Of a DNA stretch of 38,564 nucleotides, positions 27,217 through 35,533 are shown piece by piece. Position 1 is the first letter of the stretch. Each line of letters starts with the position of its first letter. Source of the stretch: an uncultured bacterium. GTDB lineage: Bacteria > CSSED10-310 > CAZUFC01. The notes below the pieces were generated by a model. It saw only the letters and a list, made by a program, of their open reading frames with translations, ran no database searches and was not told where the DNA came from. The DNA lies in contig CAZUFC010000084.1 of NCBI GenBank assembly GCA_964619725.1, positions 1 through 38,564 of the forward strand, read 5' to 3'. The position numbers and the translations under genes are program-made.

Positions 27217-28056
27217 ATGGAACCGGTAAGGCAATATAAAGAATTGAAAGAGTTTACGCTGTCCGAGGCTCAATTTCAGGAAATCAGCGAATTCATTTAC
27301 AATTTGTGCGGGATAAAGTTGGCGGCCGGGAAAGAGAATCTGGTGAAAGCCAGGTTGGCGAAAAGGTTGAGATTCCTGGGAATGTCGGACTTCGATGATT
27401 ATATCGCCTATATGAAAAACGAACAGGAGCCGGTTGAACTCTCCTGCATGATTGATGAAATTACAACCAATCAAACCAGTTTTTTCCGCGAATACAATCA
27501 CTTCGATTTTCTGCGCGATAAAGCGATTCCTCAGCTTAATGAACATAGAATAAGAATCTGGTCCGCCGGTTGCTCATCCGGCGAAGAACCTTACTCCATC
27601 GCTCTATTTCTGGATAAACATCTGCCGCAGATCAAACAGAAGGACATTAAAATACTGGCGACCGACATCTCTTTAAAAATGCTGGAAAAAGCGCGTGAAG
27701 GCGTTTACAACGATCAGTCCCTGCAATCAGTGCCCTCTCAAATGCTGATGAAAAACTTCCAAACCGTTCGGGTTAAACCTTTTCGTTTACGACAGATCAA
27801 CGAAAGCATCAAAAAGATGATTACTTTCGCTCGTCTGAACCTTATGTCTGATTGGCCGATGAAGGGTCCGTTTAATATGATTTTCTGCAGAAACGTCATG
27901 ATATATTTTGATAAACAGACCCGTGAGAAGTTAGTAAACAAATACTATGAAATACTCGAGCAAGGAGGTTATCTGTTTATAGGACATTCTGAAAGCATGG
28001 CGGGTTTGAATCAGCCGTTCAAGTATGTTCAGCCGGCTGTGTACCGGAAGCATTGA
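27217..28056 (+). CDS. cheR: Chemotaxis protein-glutamate O-methyltransferase, full length
   Basis: ARLAKRLR, TTNQTSFFRE, IWSAGCSSGEEPYS, ILATDIS, IFCRNVMIYFD, GHSES. Confidence 0.96.
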   Translation: MEPVRQYKELKEFTLSEAQFQEISEFIYNLCGIKLAAGKENLVKARLAKRLRFLGMSDFDDYIAYMKNEQEPVELSCMIDEITTNQTSFFREYNHFDFLRDKAIPQLNEHRIRIWSAGCSSGEEPYSIALFLDKHLPQIKQKDIKILATDISLKMLEKAREGVYNDQSLQSVPSQMLMKNFQTVRVKPFRLRQINESIKKMITFARLNLMSDWPMKGPFNMIFCRNVMIYFDKQTREKLVNKYYEILEQGGYLFIGHSESMAGLNQPFKYVQPAVYRKH

Positions 28057-28106
28057 TGGAATGAGGTGACGAATCAAGAGAGTGACGAGGTGATGAGGAT
28101 GAAAAG

Positions 28107-28589
28107 ATGATACACACTGTCGGAGTAGCGCAAATGAAGGTAACGAGAGAGAGAAGCGATATACTGATCACACATGCACTGGGGAGTTGTCTGGGTATTG
28201 CGGTTTATGATCCCGAAGCATGTGTGGGCGGTTTGCTTCATGTCATGCTGCCGTTGTCGACCATTGATCAGGAAAAAGCTGGGAAGAATCCGGCGATGTT
28301 TGTCGATACAGGAGTGCCGAAATTATTTATGGAATGTTACAAGCTGGGAGCTCAGAAAAAAAGGTTGATGGTAAAAGTGGCGGGCGGCGCCTGCGTGCAA
28401 GCCAGGACTCAAAACGATTATTTTCAGATCGGAAAACGCAATTTTATTATACTCAGGAAATTATTCTGGAAAAACGGGGTAGTAATGAAGAACCATGACG
28501 TCGGCGGCAATATATCCAGGACGATGTCGTTGGATATGCGTGCCGGCGAAGTGCTTATAAAGGCTAAGGGCGAAGTAAAAAAATTGTGA
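28107..28589 (+). CDS. cheD: Chemoreceptor glutamine deamidase CheD
   Basis: LGSCLG, GGLLHVMLP, FVDTG, KVAGGA, IGKRN, DVGG. Confidence 0.95.
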   Translation: MIHTVGVAQMKVTRERSDILITHALGSCLGIAVYDPEACVGGLLHVMLPLSTIDQEKAGKNPAMFVDTGVPKLFMECYKLGAQKKRLMVKVAGGACVQARTQNDYFQIGKRNFIILRKLFWKNGVVMKNHDVGGNISRTMSLDMRAGEVLIKAKGEVKKL

Positions 28590-28605
28590 GGTAAAGCAAG
28601 GAAGT

Positions 28606-29040
28606 GTGAAGATGTCTTTAAATCTGTTGATTGTTGATGACAGCGCCGTAATGCGGTCGATCATTAAAAAGACGCTCAAGCTTTGCGGATTACCCATAGG
28701 GGAAATTCATGAAGCGAGCAACGGCGCAGAAGGCTTGGAAGTATTGAATGAAAACTGGATAGACCTGGCGATGATCGACATCAATATGCCGATAATGAAT
28801 GGCGAGGTGATGATTGATAAGGTCAGAGAAATCCCTGAACTGAGGGACCTGGCGATCATTGTCGTATCGACTGAGAGCAGCGAAACCCGTATCCAGATGT
28901 TGGAGAAGAAGGGGGCGGAATTTATCCACAAACCCTTCACGCCCGAGATAGTACGATCAACCATAATAGAAATCACGGGGGTTGAAGATGAACAACAAAT
29001 TGAAGAGGGAGCTTTTGAGGGCATCGGTCCTGACTTTTGA
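28606..29040 (+). CDS. cheY: Chemotaxis response regulator (second CheY-like)
   Basis: LIVDDS, MIDINMPIMNG, VVST, FIHKPF. Confidence 0.9.
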   Translation: MKMSLNLLIVDDSAVMRSIIKKTLKLCGLPIGEIHEASNGAEGLEVLNENWIDLAMIDINMPIMNGEVMIDKVREIPELRDLAIIVVSTESSETRIQMLEKKGAEFIHKPFTPEIVRSTIIEITGVEDEQQIEEGAFEGIGPDF

Positions 29041-29479
29041 GCAGGTGGCATTTATGCTGGTGAATCAGGATATTGAGGAGAACGGCGAGGAAAAGCCTGC
29101 GAAAGCGGACGCTGCAGTGGAGGTTGATTTTAATGGACCGTTCGGCGGCAATTTGCAGATCACGGTGATGGGCGGGGTATTGCCTGAGTTGGCGGCAAAT
29201 ATGCTGGGTGAAGAGGAGCCGCCGGTAAAACAACGGCAACTGGACGCTTTAGGGGAAGTTGCCAACATAATTTGCGGCAATATGCTGCCGGGTATTGCGG
29301 GTTCGACAGAGGTTTTCCACGTGGATGCTCCTCGTATAATAGATGCCGGTGAAGCCCGGAAGGAAACGGATACTGGTTTTTCAGCTTTCGTCAGTTTGGG
29401 AATTGAGTCCGGCAGGGCTGAGGTTTTTCTCCGAATAGACGAGAATGCCGCCTCTTTTTTGAAGGAGGCTGAAAAGTGA
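28988..29479 (+). CDS. cheX: CheX-family protein (second copy)
   Basis: VDFNGPFGG, LAANMLG, DALGEVANIICGN (ExxN); start overlaps the cheY 3' end. Confidence 0.82.
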   Translation: MNNKLKRELLRASVLTFEQVAFMLVNQDIEENGEEKPAKADAAVEVDFNGPFGGNLQITVMGGVLPELAANMLGEEEPPVKQRQLDALGEVANIICGNMLPGIAGSTEVFHVDAPRIIDAGEARKETDTGFSAFVSLGIESGRAEVFLRIDENAASFLKEAEK

Positions 29480-30525
29480 TAAAGGTGTTGATTGTCGATG
29501 ATTCCGCAATCGTTCGAAAAGTCCTGACCGATAAACTTTCGAAATATTCCGATATAGAAGTAGTCGGAAGCGCGGTGGACCCTTATGTGGCGCGGGACAA
29601 AATACTGCGGTTGAAACCTGACGTAATAACTTTGGATGTCGAAATGCCGCGAATGGACGGATTGTCTTTCCTGACGAAATTGATGAAGCATTACCCGCTG
29701 CCGGTCGTGATCGTCAGTTCTCTGACTCCAGAGAACAGCGAAACTGCGATTAGGGCGTTGGAATTAGGTGCAATCGATGTAATCAGTAAACCCGGCTCAA
29801 CGTTTTCGACTCCTGATGTCGATAAGCGTCTGATTCGGGTGATCCGAACGGCAGCCGCATCCAAGGTGAAAAAAAGAACTGATAATGATGATATTGACCG
29901 ACAAACAATAATGCAAAGATCAGATTTAAACATTAAAACGACACACAAAATAGTAGCGATCGGGGCATCAACCGGCGGAACTAATGCTGTAGAGCATGTT
30001 CTGTGCAAGTTACCCGTAAATTTTCCGGGAATACTGATCGTTCAACATATGCCGGAATATTTTACCAAATCATTCGCGGAACGTTTAAACGCAAGGTCGC
30101 AAATGGAGGTGCATGAGGCGCGGGACAATGAGCCTGTGGTGCCGGGAACAGCTCTTGTGGCGCCGGGGAATAAACATATGTTGTTGCAGAGAAGCGGGAC
30201 CCTGTACTACATCCGAATAAAAGACGGGCCGCCGGTTCATCATCAGAAACCTTCAGTAGACGTTCTATTTCAATCCGTGGCTAAAAATGCCGGACGTAAT
30301 GCCGTGGGCGTAATTTTAACCGGTATGGGCGCCGACGGCGCCAAGGGATTGCTGGAAATGCGACAAACGGGAGCTTATACGCTTGCACAGGATGAGCAGA
30401 CATGCGTCGTTTTCGGTATGCCGAAAGAGGCGATAAAACTAAAAGCCGTCGATAAAGTGGTACCTTTACAGAATGTTTCTGGGACGGTCATTGATTATCT
30501 CAGCACAGAAACCGCCGCAGCATGA
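29476..30525 (+). CDS. cheB: Chemotaxis response regulator protein-glutamate methylesterase CheB
   Basis: Receiver domain plus GASTGG, VQHMP, PSVDVLF, LTGMGADGA, VFGMP. Confidence 0.97.
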   Translation: MIKVLIVDDSAIVRKVLTDKLSKYSDIEVVGSAVDPYVARDKILRLKPDVITLDVEMPRMDGLSFLTKLMKHYPLPVVIVSSLTPENSETAIRALELGAIDVISKPGSTFSTPDVDKRLIRVIRTAAASKVKKRTDNDDIDRQTIMQRSDLNIKTTHKIVAIGASTGGTNAVEHVLCKLPVNFPGILIVQHMPEYFTKSFAERLNARSQMEVHEARDNEPVVPGTALVAPGNKHMLLQRSGTLYYIRIKDGPPVHHQKPSVDVLFQSVAKNAGRNAVGVILTGMGADGAKGLLEMRQTGAYTLAQDEQTCVVFGMPKEAIKLKAVDKVVPLQNVSGTVIDYLSTETAAA

Positions 30526-30581
30526 TGCCTTGAAAAATTGGAAGACCTTTCAAGCCGAAGCGAAGGAATATCTCCGAAAAT

Positions 30582-31178
30582 GTGAAAATCTTTAATCTTA
30601 CCTCAAACAGCAAAGTCTACACCTCCAATGCTTATCTGATTCTCGGTTCCTGGAATGCTTTGGCAGACGTGAATACTCTTATTGACGTGGGCAGAGACGT
30701 CTCTGTGATCGAACGGATCAAGGAAATCAACACCGGGGTCGCCAAAAAAAAAGTGGCTCAGGTCGTCCTTACTCACAGTCATTTCGATCATGTCGGAGCG
30801 CTGAAGCTGATAAAAAAGGAATATTCGCCTGCTGTTTACGCTTTTTCCGAATCTCTGGATGGGGTAGACCACATTCTTAAAGATGGAGATAATCTGAAAA
30901 TCGGAGACAGAAACTTCGAAGTCATTCATACGCCCGGTCACAGTTGCGATTCCATCTGTCTTTACTGCGAAGAAGATGGGGCGGTTTTTGCCGGGGATAC
31001 TCCTTTAATAATCAATTCCTGCGGAGGGACCTACGAACGGCCGTTTGTGGATGCATTGAAGAAACTGTCCAGAAGAAGCATAAAAGTGATATACTTCGGA
31101 CATGGCCCTCCTTTGTTGAAGAATTGTAATGCCCGCCTGAAAAGTTCGTTGCAAAATATCAAAACGTTGCAGGACTGA
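30582..31178 (+). CDS. Metallo-beta-lactamase fold hydrolase
   Basis: LIDVG, THSHFDH, HTPGH, FAGD, YFGHG. Confidence 0.92.
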   Translation: MKIFNLTSNSKVYTSNAYLILGSWNALADVNTLIDVGRDVSVIERIKEINTGVAKKKVAQVVLTHSHFDHVGALKLIKKEYSPAVYAFSESLDGVDHILKDGDNLKIGDRNFEVIHTPGHSCDSICLYCEEDGAVFAGDTPLIINSCGGTYERPFVDALKKLSRRSIKVIYFGHGPPLLKNCNARLKSSLQNIKTLQD

Positions 31179-31244
31179 GCTGTCCGGGGAAACAGTCCCG
31201 ACGCCTTTTCACGACTGAATTGGATATCATGATATTCTTTCCCG

Positions 31245-31302
31245 GCATTGATCAAAAATGGGTCTTTTGGGCTTGCAACTCGACAGAATCTCCCATCATT
31301 TT
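31245..31302 (+). repeat. Right copy of 58-bp direct repeat bracketing the chemosensory cluster
   Basis: GCATTGATCAAAAATGGGTCTTTTGGGCTTGCAACTCGACAGAATCTCCCATCATTTT; 51/58 identity to 17280-17337. Confidence 0.9.
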
Positions 31303-31306
31303 GTTT

Positions 31307-31342
31307 CGATTTCGATCCCGATTGCGATACAGACCCCGATTA
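31307..31342 (+). repeat. Degenerate hexamer tandem repeat (CGATNN)x6
   Basis: CGATTT CGATCC CGATTG CGATAC AGACCC CGATTA. Confidence 0.75.
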
Positions 31343-31427
31343 CTGAAACAAACCGTCAAAAGTTCTGAAAGAAGCGTAACCCCGGTTTGATCAGTCTCGC
31401 TTTCTTATGCATATGAAGCGGCAAGAA

Positions 31428-33404
31428 TCAAAGCTGCTGCATAATCCAGAAAGGACTCGACCAGGCTCTGTTTCCGTCGGCAAGCTCACATCTGATATAG
31501 AAATAATCTCCCGGTCCTGCTTTTTCGGTTACAAAAGAAAATCGCACTAATCCTTCGCTTCCTCGTTCATACAAAAATTCTTTTCCGTTTTTTATCAATC
31601 TGACGAAACTGATGCGTTCCGGCGCCAGCGCTGCGCCGGCAATATTCAGTTTTTCGCCGTCCAGACTGATTTCGGAACCCATAGGCAAACCCTCGGCTTC
31701 AGCATATAAAAAAACCCGCGGACCGCTCGTTCCGTAGACGTTTTTTTTCAACAAGGCAGACCAGACGCCCTCTCGCGTGATCGATTCAGCCCAAATGCCG
31801 GCGGTTCCGTTCCAGGGAGAAAAAGGGTCTCCCATACCGGGATGCCCGTTATGCGTGTCGCCTGAAGCCAAAATGCCCATTTTGCGTCCTTTGTTTAATG
31901 CATCGGTGACGAAGGAGCCCCGGACGGGTTTATGGAGCATGCCCTCGCAGCCGTAAAATTCCGAATTGCCGTGTATAGAGGAAATTTCCACCAGGGGTTC
32001 GTATTGCGGATCGTGATAAGACCAGTCAGCGGCAATGGGCCCGCCTCCGGGATGATGAGATATCGTTATCGCTTTTCCTTGAGGAAGGGCATCCCATAAT
32101 TCTTCAGGAGAATCATACTTTGGGTCGTCAGAAGAGAATATCCGTGAGGGCCGAGACAGAAAAAGGACATGTTTGTGCCCGTATTTCCAGCTTGTCCATT
32201 CATAGGCGGGAAAACAGACGAAACGGCCCGGTTCATGAAATTTTTCTACTGTATCCAATATACGGTTCCAATATTTAGGAGAAGAAGCCAGCCGTCTGAC
32301 TCCGAAAGCATCATGATCGGTCAGAGCGGTTACGTCCAGTCCCGCTGCGTCACGCGCGTAGCGGAAATAATCTTCAGGAATGCCCGTTCCATCGCTGAAA
32401 TTCGAATGTCCATGAATATCCGCCCAGAGGACTTGACGATTCCCGTAATCATTTGTAATCAAAACAGGATTGGACCTTCCCTTTAAATCTCCCTTTTCCG
32501 ATTTCATATCAACTCTGTAAATTCCGGGCGACTTAAACTTCAGGCTTACGGCAGTCGCACCACGGTCTTCCGAAGTTAGGATGCATCCTTCCGGCAAATA
32601 TTTTTCCGGCGGTTGCCAGGTAAAATTTATTCTTCCTTCAAAGTTTTCCGCCAAATTGTGTCTGCGGTCCAGCGCAGAAACATGAAGTTTTACCGGTCGG
32701 TCAGGGGATGCCATGACGGGGAGGGCAGAATAAATAAACGCCGGCGGACCCGGCGCCACTTTAACGCTGGGCTGTTCCTTTATCTCCTTGAACTTCTCAT
32801 CGCCGTCGGCATCCACTTTTATAACGAATTCAGATTCCCGTTCAGCGAATTTATCCGCAGTTGCCGCAGCATTGGGATGTCGTCCCTCGGACGTGTCTCC
32901 ATATACTATGACGGCTTTGTCTCCTGAATGTAATGTTCCCTCTTGCAAGCGAAAGGCTATCCAGTTGAACTGCCCGGTTTGCACGTCAAAATTCACATTT
33001 TCCCTGTCACAGGATATCGTCGTATATCCCGGATATTCCATATAAATGTTCTGCGGTGCAGACCAGCCCCAGAACGGAGAAACCTGCAATACGATCCCTC
33101 CGCCGGTCATTATGCCTCCCTCTCCTGTCGTAAATTCAATCCGCCATGTACCGCGTTCTGAAATCGAGACATCCTGTTCACCAGAAATAAGTCTGGCCTG
33201 GCCTTCGCCGTCCGCCGGACCCGGGCTTCCCTCTTCTTTGGTTATCCGATCTTTCGTATCCTCGTTTCCCAGGACTCCGCACGCTGCGATCATAAACAGA
33301 AAGACCGGCAATGCAGCGAACGCAACTATGAATAAAAGGGCGGGCCGCCTGCCTTTATTGCTTTTTTTTAAAGCGTTAAGTCGATACTTCATTCCATTCG
33401 CCAT
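31428..33404 (-). CDS. Exported PHP-like metallohydrolase (CehA/McbA or DUF3604-like), probable lipoprotein
   Basis: WADIHGHSNFSDG, ALTDHD, AYEWT, SHHP, VEISSIHG, SGDTHNGHPG, YGTSG, RAWSSP; leader ending IAAC. Confidence 0.8.
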   Translation of the reverse strand: MANGMKYRLNALKKSNKGRRPALLFIVAFAALPVFLFMIAACGVLGNEDTKDRITKEEGSPGPADGEGQARLISGEQDVSISERGTWRIEFTTGEGGIMTGGGIVLQVSPFWGWSAPQNIYMEYPGYTTISCDRENVNFDVQTGQFNWIAFRLQEGTLHSGDKAVIVYGDTSEGRHPNAAATADKFAERESEFVIKVDADGDEKFKEIKEQPSVKVAPGPPAFIYSALPVMASPDRPVKLHVSALDRRHNLAENFEGRINFTWQPPEKYLPEGCILTSEDRGATAVSLKFKSPGIYRVDMKSEKGDLKGRSNPVLITNDYGNRQVLWADIHGHSNFSDGTGIPEDYFRYARDAAGLDVTALTDHDAFGVRRLASSPKYWNRILDTVEKFHEPGRFVCFPAYEWTSWKYGHKHVLFLSRPSRIFSSDDPKYDSPEELWDALPQGKAITISHHPGGGPIAADWSYHDPQYEPLVEISSIHGNSEFYGCEGMLHKPVRGSFVTDALNKGRKMGILASGDTHNGHPGMGDPFSPWNGTAGIWAESITREGVWSALLKKNVYGTSGPRVFLYAEAEGLPMGSEISLDGEKLNIAGAALAPERISFVRLIKNGKEFLYERGSEGLVRFSFVTEKAGPGDYFYIRCELADGNRAWSSPFWIMQQL

Positions 33405-33414
33405 ACTCTGAGCG

Positions 33415-34536
33415 CTAAAAGCTGTAAAGGAAAAAGTATTTTAAACGATGCGCGAAACCGAAATCAAGCGATCTCACAAACAGCGAGGCATTCATATCGC
33501 TGCCTGCCAGGAGGTAGCTTTTTCCCTGATGTTTCATGAAAGCCATGTCATGAATGATTATATAAGATGCGGTAATTGGGATACCTTTATTCAAGGGACG
33601 CCACGTAACGCCCGAATCGATGCTGTAATAGACGCCGTCGTAAACCGTCCCCATGAACATCAGACCCTTCTCTGCCATTATGGCTATGCAGCGGGGATGC
33701 GATTCGGCGGGTAAGCCGTCGCCGACAAGATGCCAGCTTTCTCCGGCGTCCGTGCTTCGAAAAAGTTCCGTGCGCCGCTGGAAACCTCTTACCAGACAGT
33801 ATAAGCGTTCTGCGGTTGAAGGATCGACTTTTATGGTAAGGACAAACGGATTCTCCAATGGTATGCCGCTTTCAATTCTTTTCCAGCTCCCGCCGCCGTC
33901 GGTCGTTTTATACATTCCTTTGAGCGTCGTGCAATATAATGTCTCAGGATTTCCCTGAACCGCTTCGATGCTTTGTATTCTTAAATTTTCCAGTCCGTCG
34001 TTGACCGCCGACCAGCTCATTCCTGAATCAGTCGAACGATAAACCCCGTTCGCGACCGTACCAGCGTAATACGTGACGGGTTCCCCATTCGTGATGCATA
34101 AATCCCTTACGTCAGGCTCAGGCAACCCGTTATTGCGCTGCTCCCAGGTCCGGCCGCCGTCCGCGCTGTAGAAAACGCCTCCGTCCGCGGTCTCGGGGTC
34201 CTTGAAAAAAGAAGCCATTACGCAATCAGCATCCGAAGGACATACGGCTATCGCTGTGGATGTATAACCCTTCGGCGCTCCTCCCTCTACTCTATTCCAC
34301 GTCTGCTCCTCGTAATCCATGTAAAATAATCCCCCGATGCCGCATTTTTCCGGGTGCAGTCCGGCAAATATCCGGCCGTCAGGAAATACCTCCAATGCGT
34401 AAATCGTGTGACCCTCAGGAATAGGAAAAGAAAGCCACTGCTCTGTCGGAATTATTTCCGGATGCAGTCTGAATAAAATAAATAAAAAAGATGCCGCCAA
34501 TAACAATCCTAATAAAACATATCCTGCTGCTTTCAC
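33415..34536 (-). CDS. Membrane-anchored BNR/Asp-box beta-propeller protein
   Basis: Repeated SxDGGxTW boxes (SADGGRTW, STDSGMSW, TTDGGGSW, STDAGESW, SIDSGVTW); N-terminal hydrophobic segment. Confidence 0.88.
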   Translation of the reverse strand: MKAAGYVLLGLLLAASFLFILFRLHPEIIPTEQWLSFPIPEGHTIYALEVFPDGRIFAGLHPEKCGIGGLFYMDYEEQTWNRVEGGAPKGYTSTAIAVCPSDADCVMASFFKDPETADGGVFYSADGGRTWEQRNNGLPEPDVRDLCITNGEPVTYYAGTVANGVYRSTDSGMSWSAVNDGLENLRIQSIEAVQGNPETLYCTTLKGMYKTTDGGGSWKRIESGIPLENPFVLTIKVDPSTAERLYCLVRGFQRRTELFRSTDAGESWHLVGDGLPAESHPRCIAIMAEKGLMFMGTVYDGVYYSIDSGVTWRPLNKGIPITASYIIIHDMAFMKHQGKSYLLAGSDMNASLFVRSLDFGFAHRLKYFFLYSF

Positions 34537-34754
34537 CGCTGTGCCCCCGACATGATGGAATGAAAATTTAGTCTACGCTTAACGACTGCCGCTGACAGAA
34601 GATAAGCTTAATCTCATCCATAATAAAACTTTCCCGCCCGCGAACTCAAATATTTTTGCGTTTGCCGAATTTTATTGAGCGCGGGCTCCGCCGGTTAAAG
34701 TCCGCCAATGGATGTATCGTTTAAAAGGACTTTGCGGGCATGCGCCGGCGTTGT

Positions 34755-34787
34755 GAAAAAGTTTAATGCAGGAAAAAGTCTAATGCA
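34755..34787. repeat. 16-bp direct repeat, one mismatch, period 17
   Basis: GAAAAAGTTTAATGCA (34755-34770) and GAAAAAGTCTAATGCA (34772-34787). Confidence 0.8.
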
Positions 34788-34852
34788 AGATATGGAACGG
34801 CTGACGACCGTCAGTCATCAGAATATCGAAAAACTACGCTTATAAAAGGCTG

Positions 34853-35320
34853 TTAAAAAGCGAAGCGCAACAGGATGGTTCCGCTTTCCGATAATTCACC
34901 CGAATACAGGTAATCAGACCTGAAGGAGCGCTTAATGGAAACAAAATGGCTGTTTCCCAGAGCAATCCCGGTCTCCGAGGCCGACCGGTCCTTCTCTTGC
35001 CTTATCCGTACGCCTTTTTTCAACTCGATGATCCGGGAATCGCCTGAGCGTCCGATCAGAAAAGTCCGCCCGTCATCCCGTATGAAAAAGAAATTTCCCG
35101 AATTTTCCAGATAAAATTTTCCGTTGGCGGGAAAAATGAAATCTCCGTCGCTGTCATTCAGGCGTACGAATGCACGAGAAGTCTCAGGAGACGAAGGGTA
35201 AACCAGTATCAAACGGTCAATTCCGGCGTTTCCCGCATAAATGGACGGATGAATCAGAATAATGACTCCCATTGAGAGGTACAACAGACAAACCAGGCGC
35301 ATTGTGTTCAAAATTTGCAC
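34853..35320 (-). CDS. Hypothetical exported protein
   Basis: 155-aa ORF codirectional with neighbours, signal-peptide-like N-terminus; no recognised domain; start uncertain. Confidence 0.55.
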   Translation of the reverse strand: MQILNTMRLVCLLYLSMGVIILIHPSIYAGNAGIDRLILVYPSSPETSRAFVRLNDSDGDFIFPANGKFYLENSGNFFFIRDDGRTFLIGRSGDSRIIELKKGVRIRQEKDRSASETGIALGNSHFVSIKRSFRSDYLYSGELSESGTILLRFAF

Positions 35321-35533
35321 ATCCCCTTGCTGAAATTAACTTTTTCGTGTTCAATCCACGGATTATCTCCAATCCCCATGTTAAGAATCGGGACAGCAAA
35401 TGCAAATTTCAGAAGAGAAAACAAGAAATGAAGACGGGAATTTCGGGTTCTGGATGTCTTCCGGCTTTTTTTTCGGCAGGATTCTGAACTTTTTTGTGCC
35501 TTTTTCTTTTGGCCTGATAATTTTTTTAGCTCG

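Noticed and set aside
31172-31210. Intrinsic terminator after the MBL gene
   Set aside because: The stem is bulged and the U-tract short; not convincing enough to call.
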